A stretch of 63,999 bases of DNA, filler included, from Asterionella formosa (taxonomy: Eukaryota), in NCBI GenBank assembly GCA_002256025.1. It is 10 parts of 10 records of this genome, joined end to end, with 100 filler letters (N's around TTAATTAATTAA, not from the genome) between each part and the next. Parts side by side here need not be neighbours in the genome. Positions count along the whole stretch, not along the records: positions 1 to 6,361 come from NKIB01012730.1; positions 6,462 to 12,812 come from NKIB01012731.1; 8 more parts are not named here. One strand, 5' to 3'. Position numbers and translations under genes: made by a program. The notes beneath the pieces are model-generated. The model ran no database searches and had not been told where the DNA came from. It was given only the letters and a program-made list of their open reading frames with translations. Positions within the stretch are counted from its first letter, which is position 1. Every line of letters starts with the position of its first letter. Below are positions 1-12,597 of the stretch, one piece after another.

Positions 1-592
1 CAAAGAAAGCAAAACTTGCTTACTATTTTGCTTACTTTTGCTTTGGGGGCCGCCCCTCTAATTGCCCCGGTCATTGTTGTGTTTTGACGTTTCCCTGTTT
101 TGAAGAATAGAATTAGCATAAAACCTACGTCATGAAGTTCGAAGCGGCGATCATACCACAGACGATTTTAATGATTGAATTGATGATGTTTTCAATGTAT
201 TCTTTTTTTTTTCTGCGTCACGTCATCAATTTCAGCAAAATGACCGCAACTTGCACATATGACTAAAATTTATTATGATACCCGGTACATGATCTATTAA
301 TAAATATGATCATACATATATGAGAATATAAATATATGTATCATATAATCCATGTACCGTACCGGTACCTGGTACCAGGTAGTGTAATCTATGTAAAATT
401 GTACTCCGAGTACGTGTTACATACTCAGCCCGCGGGAGCCACGACGAAGCAAAACACATCAAAGCAAGCGGCAAGCAGAACAATCTGCTGTGCTCCCAAA
501 GCAAGCCGTCGTGTATTATTATACCGCGGTCGTTACGAGGCGCGACGATCTGTTCAGTTCTTTTTAAAGTTTTCAATAACCAAAACACAACC

Positions 593-1587
593 ATGACAAT
601 CGTTTACGCCCTGGTATCACGCCAGAAGACAGTTCTGGCAGAATTCACTGCAACATCAGGTGAGAGGGCTTCCAGAATAATTTCTTTACCGTTCATTGCC
701 GCGTCAAATAAGTCCTGATTGCTCTGTTGTGACTCAATTCGCGAACCATGAAGAATCGATTTGTAGCATACTTGGATGGACCCAACGAACTCCTTCGCTG
801 AAAACCACAGTAAATAGTTGCCAGAACGTACTAGACTTCCGTTACTTTCAGGGATGCACGAGAACTTTTCGGTCGTGAGAATGACCTTGAAAATCAATTC
901 CATTGCTTTAACGTCTCCGTTTCCATGACACTTGTTTTGGCTAATTCTCCATATTTCCTCCTTCTGATGGAAGCGACAGGCAATTTTCCTACCGTCACTA
1001 GAGTTTTGCTCTCCAAAATTCCAGTCCAGGATGGTAAAATGACCTATGTGTACGACCAGCATGTCTTTCATTACATTGTAGAATCTGGCATTTGCTACCT
1101 CTGTATGAGTGACGAACTCAACAAACATCGCATCCCGTATGCGTTCTTGAACGACATGAAGGAGCGTTTCATTGCCAGATTTGGAACGGACGAACCTCAA
1201 ACGGCCATTGCCTTTAGTATGAACGAAGAATTTTCCCGCGTTATTTGCGAACGAATGGAATTTTATAATTCAGATGCCGCGGACTTGACGGTCGACAATA
1301 TTGGCGCTGTGAAGTCCCAGATTGAAGATGTCAAGGGAATCATGGTTCAGAATATTGAAAAGGTGTTGGAACGTGGTGAAAAGATTGAATTGCTGGTGGA
1401 CAAGACGGATCGGCTCAATCAGCAGGCCTTCAAATTTGAATCGTCGTCGCGCAATTTGCGACGTTCTATGTACTGGAAGAGAATGCGGTGCTACATTTTT
1501 TCCGGAGTTTTTGGCGTCCTTTTTGTCTACTTTGCCGCATCGTCGCTCTGTGGATTTGACTTTCATCGATGCCATTCCAAAAAATAA
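593..1587 (+). CDS. VAMP7: Longin R-SNARE VAMP7/VAMP71-like; exons 593-659 and 980-1587
   Basis: ATG at 593 gives MTIVYALVSRQKTVLAEFTATSG. A GT..AG intron (660-979) joins in frame to NFPTVTRVLL. Longin domain, R-SNARE motif (VKGIMVQNIEKVLERGEKIELLVDKT) and C-terminal TM segment are present. Confidence 0.93.
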
Positions 1588-4500
1588 CGTGAGTTATATT
1601 CAAGGAAACATTAGGATGACTATATATTATTGAGTAAACAAAAGAATTATAAGAATCGCGAATAAGTCGACAACAACAGCAAGAATCAAACAAGCCGGTA
1701 GTGGTCTAGACTTGGTGATCGCGAACTGANNNNNNNNNNNNNNNNNNNNNNNNNNNNNNNNNNNNNNNNNNNNNNNNNNNNNNNNNNNNNNNNNNNNNNN
1801 NNNNNNNNNNNNNNNNNNNNNNNNNNNNNNNNNNNNNNNNNNNNNNNNNNNNNNNNNNNNNNNNNNNNNNNNNNNNNNNNNNNNNNNNNNNNNNNNNNNN
1901 NNNNNNNNNNNNNNNNNNNNNNNNNNNNNNNNNNNNNNNNNNNNNNNNNNNNNNNNNNNNNNNNNNNNNNNNNNNNNNNNNNNNNNNNNNNNNNNNNNNN
2001 NNNNNNNNNNNNNNNNNNNNNNNNNNNNNNNNNNNNNNNNNNNNNNNNNNNNNNNNNNNNNNNNNNNNNNNNNNNNNNNNNNNNNNNNNNNNNNNNNNNN
2101 NNNNNNNNNNNNNNNNNNNNNNNNNNNNNNNNNNNNNNNNNNNNNNNNNNNNNNNNNNNNNNNNNNNNNNNNNNNNNNNNNNNNNNNNNNNNCCATATCT
2201 GATGAAAGCAGCACAAAGCAATGCCTCCAGTAAACACATGACAGAAGCAAAGGCAGGAAATGTAAGCAAGTTTAACCCAAAATAGGAGCATTTGACAAAG
2301 ATAGAGGGACGCCCACACCACCCTAGTATCGATACACAACTCTACAAGTCGATGGCAAGGATTGATGAGTGGGGATGTCTACAACGTTCCAGATGAACCA
2401 GCCAATTGGAAACAATTCAGCCCACTCAGCCAGGTCAGGCTGTTTGTTGGGTGGGCGAGATCAACACCGCACAACTGCTGGCTAAACAATGACGCACAAA
2501 TCGAATTTCGATGTACAGCATCCAGAGCTTTTCAAACTCGAGCTCATTCTCCACAAGTTCCATGCCCTTAAATTCCCAATAGCTTTAGCTAAGCAGGGGG
2601 TACAGATACACCAAACCCTGGCGAGTGAAAAATGGTGTGAGTGGTAGAACAGGAACAGACCCAGGTACTGTGATGGGATGGTGGAGTTTCTTGATTACTA
2701 CCTACTAACTGTAAAAGGAAAAAGCAAGATGGCCATCACAATCTTTACTGGTGCATATGGAGCTTCACATAACTCAATGCTCACCCGCCAGGGCGAGCAC
2801 ATGTTTTACTACTATCAGGAACACATGATAATGTCTAAGCAGGGAAATATATCTCTGAACCTGCCAAGCAACACAAAGATGGCTGGGTATTAGTGACATG
2901 GGTTACTATTTATAATATTTTTATTACTATTTATAATAGGAGATCAGCAAAAAATCCCAAGGAAGAACAACTATGCTAATGGTGGAATCCAGCAAGGACA
3001 CTGAGTAATCACCCTCTGTACATGCTGTTTGATCTCATGAATAAACTTAACCCACAAAGCAGCCCATCCCTGTTCCCTAATGATCATATGATGGGTTCAA
3101 GACCATATGAATGGGGGATGCTGATACATCAAGGAAACCATGCATCACACAATCGGGTATTCTTCCATGTTCCTGCCACATAAAAAAGTTTCATCCATGT
3201 GAAATCGAAAAGCATGAGACTAACTATGTAAACAAACATACATAATAAACGCCTATGGGGTTTTTGATGACTCAGGGCTAATGGTAACCCCCCCCCCTCC
3301 CCTTAAGATAGATCTATATCGTTAGACAAAGAAGGCTATTGATCGAGACTTTCGTTTCTCTTTCGTTTCTATATTCTTATTGTGAGTTACTAAACTAGTT
3401 TAGGTTGTTCGGTTTGAATAAACAAACGAACTATTGCAGCTGTTCCTTGATTCAAAAGTTGACTTTTCTTCAGCTTGCAAAAAATCGTATTTCACGAAGC
3501 TATTTGGAATTAAAGGGACCATTATTATTGCNNNNNNNNNNNNNNNNNNNNNNNNNNNNNNNNNNNNNNNNNNNNNNNNNNNNNNNNNNNNNNNNNNNNN
3601 NNNNNNNNNNNNNNNNNNNNNNNNNNNNNNNNNNNNNNNNNNNNNNNNNNNNNNNNNNNNNNNNNNNNNNNNNNNNNNNNNNNNNNNNNNNNNNNNNNNN
3701 NNNNNNNNNNNNNNNNNNNNNNNNNNNNNNNNNNNNNNNNNNNNNNNNNNNNNNNNNNNNNNNNNNNNNNNNNNNNNNNNNNNNNNNNNNNNNNNNNNNN
3801 NNNNNNNNNNNNNNNNNNNNNNNNNNNNNNNNNNNNNNNNNNNNNNNNNNNNNNNNNNNNNNNNNNNNNNNNNNNNNNNNNNNNNNNNNNNNNNNNNNNN
3901 NNNNNNNNNNNNNNNNNNNNNNNNNNNNNNNNNNNNNNNNNNNNNNNNNNNNNNNNNNNNNNNNNNNNNNNNNNNNNNNNNNNNNNNNNNNNNNNNNNNN
4001 NNNNNNNNNNNNNNNNNNNNNNNNNNNNNNNNNNNNNNNNNNNNNNNNNNNNNNNNNNNNNNNNNNNNNNNNNNNNNNNNNNNNNNNNNNNNNNNNNNNN
4101 NNNNNNNNNNNNNNNNNNNNNNNNNNNNNNNNNNNNNNNNNNNNNNNNTTGCTTCCATTTTATTGCTGAGGACTATACTATTAGGAGATTTGAATGCTGC
4201 AAAGACATTGTTCATCACAACCTGTAAATAATATTCTTAATGCTTTGGTCCAAATCATGACTTGAGACAATTGAGGAGATTCAGCAAACTCCACTTTTCT
4301 TCTTGCACTGCTAGGTGATTGGCAACCCCGCCCTCCTCCACAGTGCTGCCTGGTGTCTTGAAAGAAGAATGGGATCATGCATTGTTAACCTAGCAATCAA
4401 TGATTGCTAATGCGCATGAAGCAACAGTGCAATTACCGGACTTCCCTCAGATGGATGGATGCACACCATCAGTGGTGTGTGGGATCATGTGCATGCATAC

Positions 4501-4870
4501 GACAGCTATTATTAATGAAATTGACAATAGAGAGCTCGTACAAGAGCGAGAAACGAAACGCGCCAATTTTTCCTCGCTCATACCGGTACATACCGGTACA
4601 TGCATTCTAAAAGAGTGAGCGAAGCAAAATGGGATGATGTCATTTAATGGAAATCACGGACACCTGCAGTCGTTGCTGTTGTAGACAAACAAAGGAATCA
4701 TCTCTTTGGAAATCCCTCAGATCAGCGTTGCATAACAGTGCGGTTCTGCAAACTGCAAGACACGACAGGGGCCTGAAGTGAGAACAAGGGGACAGAACGT
4801 CAACTATTACTTTACCATTCCGTTCACCATCCGTCCCTTTCTTACTTGTTGGTTTTTTGTTTGGACGGCC

Positions 4871-6301
4871 ATGGCTTCTACAACAGACAACATGAAGGGG
4901 TGTGGCTGCCACAGTGGCTTAATAAATGGAAATCTTTCGGAAGAATTTGTCGAAACTCCGACGAAACGAGTCAAATTGACTTTTTCGACCGCGACCGATA
5001 TTATCAACGACGAGCCATCATACACAACAACTGCAATGCCGACGGTGACACCTGCTTCATCACAACAAGGTGAATACACAATTGACTCAGCTGCCCAACA
5101 AATAAATGTTCCTAGTCCCGCGCCATTTCCCACTCCTTTGTCGAAAGAAGAAATAAAAAGGTTGCTCCAATCAGAAGCAGGATATGATTGCGATGCAGAG
5201 ACGGCTACCCCGAAGCGAGCAAACTACTTGACGTGGGATGAATATTTCATGGCTGTTGCCTTTCTAAGTGCCCAGAGATCCAAGGATCCTTACAAACCAG
5301 TCGGTGCTTGTATTGTGGACGAGGCTAACCGTGTGATTGGCATTGGTTACAATGGCTTTCCTCGAGGATGTGACGATGATGCCCTCCCGTGGAATACGGC
5401 CAATGACAACAATTGGTTGCATTCTCCAAGTCCCTACGTGTGTCACGCGGAAGTAAATGCCATTTTAAACAAGTGTAGCGATGCGACGGGTGCACGTCTT
5501 TATGTCCCTCACTTTCCTTGCAACGACTGTGCCAAAGTGATTGTGCAGTCGGGTATCAAGGAAGTGATTTTCATTAATGACCTAGAAACGAACGAGGACA
5601 CGTATAGGGCAAGCCGAATCTTGCTCACCATGGCAGGTGTGGTCATGAGAAAGTATGAGCCAACCATTTGTACGGTAGTTCTAGATTTTTCCAACGCCAT
5701 TGCCAACGTGACAAATGTCATGGCAAACGATGTGGTAACTGCAACACGTCCGAAACAAGCCTGCTTTCGCCAATTGCTTTTGAAAGAAGCCAACTGGGAT
5801 CCAACCCAACACCCTTCTACCAAGCGCAGTGACTACTTGACTTGGGACGACTATTTCATGGCAATGGCATTTCTCTCTGCTCGCCGTTCCAAAGACCCCA
5901 ACACTCAAGTTGGCGCGTGCATTGTCGACAAGTCGAATTGCGTGATAGGATTGGGGTACAATGGATTTCCACGAGGGTGTTCGGACGACCACCTCCCGTG
6001 GGGACGGATCGATGACAAGACGCTTCATAACAAGTATGCGTATGTTTGCCATGCCGAAGTGAACGCAATATTAAACAAGTGTAGTGCCAGTGTCAAGGAT
6101 GCGACACTGTATGTGGCCCTTTTCCCTTGCAATGAATGTGCCAAAGTGATTATCCAATCGGGCATACGAGAGGTGGTGTACATGGCAGACACATATCGTG
6201 ACACTGACATGTGCCGGGCTTCGAGAATAATGTTTCAAATGGCAGGAGTGACGCTACGACAGCACATTCCCAAGCTGACTCAAGTTGTTATTGCGTTTTG
6301 A
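4871..6301 (+). CDS. DCTD: dCMP deaminase with two tandem deaminase domains
   Basis: Two copies of [59 protein letters not shown] in one uninterrupted ORF. First ATG in the ORF is at 4871. Confidence 0.93.
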   Translation: MASTTDNMKGCGCHSGLINGNLSEEFVETPTKRVKLTFSTATDIINDEPSYTTTAMPTVTPASSQQGEYTIDSAAQQINVPSPAPFPTPLSKEEIKRLLQSEAGYDCDAETATPKRANYLTWDEYFMAVAFLSAQRSKDPYKPVGACIVDEANRVIGIGYNGFPRGCDDDALPWNTANDNNWLHSPSPYVCHAEVNAILNKCSDATGARLYVPHFPCNDCAKVIVQSGIKEVIFINDLETNEDTYRASRILLTMAGVVMRKYEPTICTVVLDFSNAIANVTNVMANDVVTATRPKQACFRQLLLKEANWDPTQHPSTKRSDYLTWDDYFMAMAFLSARRSKDPNTQVGACIVDKSNCVIGLGYNGFPRGCSDDHLPWGRIDDKTLHNKYAYVCHAEVNAILNKCSASVKDATLYVALFPCNECAKVIIQSGIREVVYMADTYRDTDMCRASRIMFQMAGVTLRQHIPKLTQVVIAF

Positions 6302-6361
6302 GTGAAACAGTAAACTAGGTTGTTGAATGTATATAAAAGTCTTGCACGTCTACATGATACT

Positions 6362-6461
6362 NNNNNNNNNNNNNNNNNNNNNNNNNNNNNNNNNNNNNNN
6401 NNNNNTTAATTAATTAANNNNNNNNNNNNNNNNNNNNNNNNNNNNNNNNNNNNNNNNNNNN
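6362..6461. other. Artificial contig linker N44-TTAATTAATTAA-N44; also at 12813-12912, 19273-19372, 25732-25831, 32191-32290, 38649-38748, 45107-45206, 51565-51664, 58018-58117
   Basis: Identical 100-nt spacer with stops in all six frames, recurring every ~6.46 kb between unrelated sequences. Confidence 0.99.
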
Positions 6462-6839
6462 TGCTAAGGATTGTCCTGAAGAAAAGAAAACAAAGGAAAA
6501 GAAAGAAACTGAAATGTTTGTTGGTATTGTTGAAACGATCGAAATCCATGATGAAAAGTCTGATACAGATGATGATTTTGAAATAATTGACTTGACTACA
6601 AACAACAAGACGTTTTTTGACTATGAATATGTTGAAGACACAAAGGTCTACATTACATGCGAAGAAACAGAATATGCATTTATTGGAGTGACGGTTGAAA
6701 TTGTGGATGAAGAGATCAATCAAGCACACCATGCAAGCATCAAAAACAGTGAGAGTAAAATTTGCGCATCAATCGAGGAAAATGAACGTTGGTTAGCTGA
6801 TACAGGCGCAACCAGTCATATTACTATGTGCAATAAGTA

Positions 6840-7440
6840 TAGGAAAAAGATATTTCGTCCCCCTATTTCGATATTTCGTCCCCCTCTTTTTATAAACCCT
6901 TAAACCCTAGCCTACATAGCCTTCATATAAACCATTTTTGCTCGCACACGGAAATCAGTTGGCTTGATGACACTGCCGTGACGGCTGCTACTCATACTAC
7001 ACATGCACATCATTGTGTTCAAATTGACTCTAATGGCCTCAACCAAAGCAGTCAGAGCCTATTGAGGACAATACAGAGGAGGGACTGGACGGCCCTGTAC
7101 AGGCGTTCTACGGCGCTGTAATTCGAAGATACAGAGCTTTTTTGTGCACTTGAATGATCACCCCTCGACCCTCAGTCTACATGATGTTAGCTAAGGCGAG
7201 ATAATTGTGGAGTTCATCATCTTTGCTGGCTTCCATTAAAAGATCAACAGAGGGAAAGCGACGGTACCTCCCAACGATGTTATGTCAACTCAACGTGAAT
7301 CTTTGGGAAGCTAATGCAACAAATGGAATCATCAATGGATCTGATGCTGCTCAGCTCGCAGTTCATTTGGAACAATTTTGTAGTGTGATATTCAGGAATA
7401 TAAAGCGTATAAACTGCAATTGTTGAAAGCACAAAATCGG
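6840..7440. mobile_element. Unclassified insertion replacing the Copia protease-to-integrase linker
   Basis: Copia homology stops after HITMCNKY. The insert starts with GATATTTCGTCCCCCT twice and TAAACCCTTAAACCCTAG. Copia frame resumes near 7470 (KAKAKSVPK). Confidence 0.55.
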
Positions 7441-10304
7441 TTGAACGTTTGTGCACAGATATCCGCTAGCTAAAGGCTAAAGCAAAAAGTGTTCCTAAAA
7501 TCACTATGAGCAAGGCTACTCAACCGGGCAAACGTTTGTGCACAGATATCAGCGGTCCATATAAACAGTCGATTTTAGGAAATGACTATTGGATCCTTGT
7601 TGTTGATGATTACACCGGAAAATCTTGGAGTTTCTTTGTTAAGAAGAAGTCACAGCTTGCTTCAAAGATTGAAGATTTGTTGACTAAACTCAAAACGGCT
7701 GAGTATGTTACCAAGTTTCTCCGTTGTGACAATGCGGGTGAAAACGTCTCAGGTTTGACAAAACTATGCGACAAATTCAATATTCAAATCGAATTTGCGG
7801 CACCCTACACACCACAACAGAATGGAATTGTTGAGTGAAAGTTTGTAACCATTCGTCAACGAGCATGTGCAGCAATGTTTGGTGCAAAATTTAATGATGA
7901 ATTTCAAGGTTTACTTTGGGCAGAGGCCATCAACACCAACACACGAATCACGAACATTGTGGCCACATCTAATGATGTAAAAAGTGCAGATGAGAAGTTT
8001 TTCAATAAGGTTCCAATGATTTATGATCATCTAATGCATTTTGGCAGGATCGGATGGGTGAAAATTGGTGCTAAGAAAAAAAATAAACTCGAAGAAAAGG
8101 CCATTAAATGTGTGATAGTTGGTTATTCTCATGATCATGCTGGAGACACTTACCGAATGTTTAACCCTCAGACAAGAAAGATTTTAAATAGTCGAAACAT
8201 TCGCTGGGCTGATTGGCATGGCCAAACAAGTCCAATCGCAGGTTTGAGGGATTTCAATGTGGAAGGGGACACAGAAGTGGTTGTTATTCCAATTGATGAT
8301 GAAAAGCAGGACGAAGATGTTCTTCCTGTTGTGCTACCTATCCAGCAGGATATTGATTTGGAAACACCTGTTCCAGTTGTGAAACAAACAAGATTTCAGC
8401 TATCCGAAGCAGTGGGGAAGTTAGGTGATGAGATCAACAAAGATGCTTCGAAGAAAGTAAAATTGGAACAAGAATTGAAACGCCTTGATGGTTGGAAAGA
8501 AGTTACTGGCAAACGCAGTGCTCGGCGCAACTTACAACTAGATGACAAGGACAAAGGATCAATTGAAGAAATAGATTATTCTGAAGCGGCCTATCAAGAT
8601 GATGATGAACTATTTCAAAGTGAAGAAGGAGTAGAGAGGTTCTATGCACATTCTACAACGCTTGCTTCCGATCCTGGGGAGCCAAAGCATTACAAGGAGG
8701 CTATTAAAGGAGACAAGAGCAAGCAGTGGACCGTTGCTATTAAAAATGAAATCAACAATTTCTACAAGCGAAATGTTTGGAAAATGGTTCCTCGTGACAA
8801 TCTCAAGGGCAGAAAACCCTTAGGCACACGCTGGGTATTCAAGAAGAAATCTGAGCAGGAAAAAAGTATTCGATACAAAGGACGTATTGTAGTGAAAGGC
8901 TATGTTCAGATCCCAGGACTGGATTTCACTGATTCATTTGCTCCATTTGCAACAGATGCTTCAATGCGTATGATATTCGCTCTCTCGTTATACAAATTGG
9001 ATAAGTCTGAAGAAATACGATGGGTTTGTGAAATCATTGATGTTGAAGCTGCTTTTCTTGAAGGAGACATGGAAGAGCAAATCTATATTGAATGGCCAGA
9101 TGGGGTTTTAGACTTTGGTTTCGAAACACAAGAAACAATGAAAAACAAATGCATTAAGTTGGAGAAGGCCATGTATGGCACAGTTCAAGCAGCGCTACAA
9201 TTCTTCAAGAAGATGGTTCAAAACTTAACCAAAGTTGGATTGAGGCAGAGCAAGGTCGATCCATGTGTATTCTTCATCAAGGAAAACAATGCACTAATCC
9301 TAATAATTGCCACAAATGTCGATGATTGTGCAATTGCTGGAAAGCCAAATGATATTAAATGATTCAAAAATGAAATCAAGAAACACTTCACAATTGAGGA
9401 GCTTGGCCCTTTGAAGAAGCATTTGGGATTGTGGTACAATTGGGGCCAAGATAAAGTGGGACGCTACTTGGAGTCGAGCATGGAGGATTTTGTGCATGTT
9501 ATGCTCCAAGATTATCATGATATTTTTGGAAAGTATCCAAGAGATGCATCAACCCCAGCATTTCCAGGAATTGTTCTCAGAACGAATCCAGACAAAGTGA
9601 TTCTCCATAAAGAATATCGTTCAATGGTTGGAAAATTGTTGTATTTTTTGAAGAAAGTTGGACCAATATGCGCGATCGCATGTCGTGAACTTTCTCAACA
9701 TTTAGAGAATCCTGGTGATGCCCATAGGAGTGCTGTTGAACGTTTGTTAGGTTTCATTGCAACTGATGAAAGGAACAGAAAATTAAAAATGAGACCACCA
9801 CATGAATTACGAATTCAAGACGTGGTAGACAGCTCATTTGGGGACAATCCAGATACAAGGAAATCGACAAGTGCATATTTGGGTACGATTGGTGGTGCAT
9901 CGCTAGTGAATTGGATTTCGAAAGGACAGAAGATTGTTACTGTTTCCAGCACTGAAGCAGAGTATGTGGCTCTATCAGATGGATCAAAGGAAACTACTTT
10001 TATAATGAATCTACTCAATGAAGTTGAATACGTGGAAATGCCCAGTATCATTGCAGAAGACAATACAAGTGCAATTTTTCTATCAAGGAATAAGCAGGTT
10101 GGTTCACGAACTAAGCACATTGATGTGAGATATCATTTCATTCGAGAAAAGTTGAAGGCTGGGGATATTAGAGTTGACTATGTGAATACTTTAAAGAATC
10201 CTGCAGACCTACTTTCAAAGAATGTCATTCAGAAAATTCATGACACTCATGCAACCCACATTATGAATGGGACCATGGATTGTTGGTTTCGAGATCAGGG
10301 AGGG

Positions 10305-10739
10305 TGATAAAATATGTGGAATCCAACGAATCGAGAATCAATATTCTTAGTAGTGATTAGAAACCAAGATCCAAAACATCTCGACATTTATTGACAAATG
10401 ACTGGAGATGTTTACTTATTGACAAATGACTGGAGATGTTACTTATTGACAAGTGAATCAGATGCTCACTTATTGTCAAAAGAATAAGTGCTGCTCACTT
10501 AGCTATTGTCAAATGAATATGCTTACTTATTGTCAAAGTAAGCAAGATCATTTTTGACGAGATCAAGGAAAGTGTGAGAAGTCTTGTTTGGGATTACATG
10601 AGTAATCAGGCAAGAACAAGACCTAGATAGACAATTAACAGAAAGCTCACAATATTACAAAGTGTAAAGTGAAAATACGTTTTCAGCTTTAGAGATCTTA
10701 AAAGTAAGATCTGTGATATTTCAACTAGACAATTTAACA
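10305..10739 (+). repeat. 3' LTR of the Copia element (~435 bp)
   Basis: Polypurine tract AGGGAGGG directly precedes TGATAA at 10305; segment ends TTAACA at 10739, giving imperfect TG..CA inverted ends. Confidence 0.75.
10388..10540 (+). repeat. Degenerate ~27-bp tandem repeat inside the LTR (TTATTGACAAATGACTGGAGATGTTTAC-like, ~6 units)
   Basis: Repeated TTATTG(A/T)CAA cores; the first two units are nearly identical. Confidence 0.85.
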
Positions 10740-11023
10740 GATGTGACCCCCACCATCCGTGGTCTGTGTGCCACTTTCCTTCTTCATTATTTGTGTCGGT
10801 GGCATATCAGTTTTGTTCGCTCTTGTTTAGTATGAAAGTTATTGATTTGTGGGCGGATGATGCATTTTATGATTTTGATTATATTATGTATTAGCCAACA
10901 TTTTTGTTGCCAAGCAAAACCAGTTGCTAGACATTCGATTGACTACATTTTGGCTTGGTGCACTGAATGCACTGTGAAGAGTCATGAGTGATACTCGAGC
11001 TGACGATGTCAGCGACGATGGAA

Positions 11024-11299
11024 TTAAGGATTCCTTTGGACCATTCGAATCCGATTCATTGCTGCAAGAAGACCAAAAACAAGGCGCAACAATAAATTCT
11101 CATTGATGCAGCAAAGTGTAGTCAAGACAGTATTAGGATTGACCTTGAGAGCCTCTGCAATGGCCTTGGCTCCGTCAACACCAATTGAATTATCACGGAG
11201 ATTAAGTGTAGTCAAACTTGGATCATTCGCTTTCAACCGTTTGACAGATTTTTCCAATTCTGTTTCATTTTTCCAACCAAATGCTCTTAGCATTGTCAA
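11024..11299 (-). pseudogene. Fragment of an RI-type leucine-rich-repeat (NLRC3-like) gene
   Basis: NDPSLTTLNLRDNSIGVDGAKAIAEALKVNPNTVLTTL is about 1.3 LRR units; similarity then ends abruptly. Confidence 0.65.
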
Positions 11300-11429
11300 T
11301 GTCGTCTTGAATGAAATGAGGGTTGTCTTTGGTTTATTCGTGCGACTTCTTTGTTTGGTTCTTGTTCGTGTCTCGTCGTCGTTGTCGTCGTTTTAGTCGT
11401 GATTGAAAAGTAATTCTTCAGCCCTTCTA

Positions 11430-12597
11430 CCAAAGTAGTGTCTTTACCACTTGTCGTAGAATTCTACGCAACTCATTCCTCCTGCATGCCGAAACCTGTT
11501 CGCATATGTAAAAATAACATTCATTTGCGTGCATGTCGTATGATGTCGCTCGTGTTTGTAATTCTTGACACTTGTCAATCACAGTTAGTACCTGAAATAA
11601 TTTCTCTACCACCTGATGTCGTTGAGTTCTACATGAAATCATCACCATGATGATGCCGGAACTTTTGTCCATCATAAAATATGTTTGTACATATGCCCTT
11701 CGTGATGGTAAACCGGTTTCAGTACAATAGGTACATTTATTGGAAAAACATCGGTGGTACCACTCCACATGGTTCGTTATAATCGTCATGTAGAAGAAGG
11801 TTGAAGTTTAGTCCAATGTATGTTTGATACCAGTATTTAACATAGATTAATGACCCCGAGGGTCTTATTCAGCTAAGCAAAATTCCGGACATGATATGAG
11901 AATTTTTCCCTTTCCACTCCTACTGACAAAATGTTGGTACGATAATAATACTTCCTGACTCAAATCGTCCTTTATTTTTGTGATCGCTGTTTGATGGATA
12001 TTAGTCCATTCCCAGCGGGATTTTGTGGAAGTTATTGCACTACGTCTGATCCACATATCGCGTTAAAAATTTATCATACCAATAAAGCGTCGTAGCTGTC
12101 TACGTGTGGCTGGTCTTGCGATATTTTGAATTGCCTCGATTTGATTAGTCATTGGTTGAACACCCTGACGAGTTATCCAAAAACCAAGATGCTCAATTTC
12201 GATAGCACAGAATTTAGACTTGTCTGCATTTATCCGAAGGCCCGCTTCGGATATTGTTTGCATTACAATTCGTACATGCTGTAGGTGATCGTGAAACGAT
12301 CCCGAGGTAATACCCAGAAGGTCGTCTAAGTACGTACGTACCCAGGCCTGTCATTAAGTTTGACATTTTTTCTTGAAAAATGTCCGGGGCACAGTTGATT
12401 CCCATTGGTAATCGGTTATATCTATACTTGCCCCAAGGGAAAATTATAGCACTTAAGTTTTGAGCCTCTTTATCTAAACGAATTGCATAGTATCCCATGT
12501 TAAGGTCTAATGCCGTGGCATATGTTAACCCTTGTTCAAGCTCTTGGATGAAATCGGATATTTTTGGGATAGGAAGCGGTTTTTGTTTGATATTTTT
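11430..12597 (-). mobile_element. Ty3/Gypsy pol remnant (RT, RNase H start, integrase zinc-finger region), frameshifted and deleted
   Basis: ATALDLNMGYY, PWGKYRYNRLPMG, YLDD at 12321-12332, RRQLRRFIGMINF, VEWYH. Confidence 0.9.

Larger units (their letters stand above)
6462..10739 (+). mobile_element. Ty1/Copia LTR retrotransposon, 5'-truncated by the contig edge, degenerate pol
   Basis: Protease WLADTGATSH; integrase core (LVVDDYTG, LRCDNAGE, PQQNGIVE); RT (RYKGRIVVKGYVQIPGLDF, DVEAAFL, NVDDC); RNase H (SSTEAEYVAL, TKHIDVRYHFIRE). Domain order PR-IN-RT-RH. Premature stops at 7836-7838 and 9360-9362. Confidence 0.96.

Noticed and set aside
604..1200. 198-aa antisense ORF over VAMP7, open across the intron
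   Set aside because: Non-ATG start, no recognisable motif, and largely a shadow of the sense gene.
2193..3531. Short ORFs between scaffold gaps
   Set aside because: No recognisable motifs; probably decayed repeat, cannot be classified.
1627..4231. Long ORFs full of X
   Set aside because: Artefacts of N gaps at 1730-2192 and 3532-4148; the same applies to the X-filled minus-strand ORFs over 47773-48450.
6893..6910. Telomere-like AAACCCTTAAACCCTAG
   Set aside because: Only two imperfect units inside an insertion; not a chromosome end.
12331..12340. TACGTACGTA as a footprint chain in the Gypsy RT
   Set aside because: Explained by the native coding sequence (YVRTYLDD region) plus small deletions.
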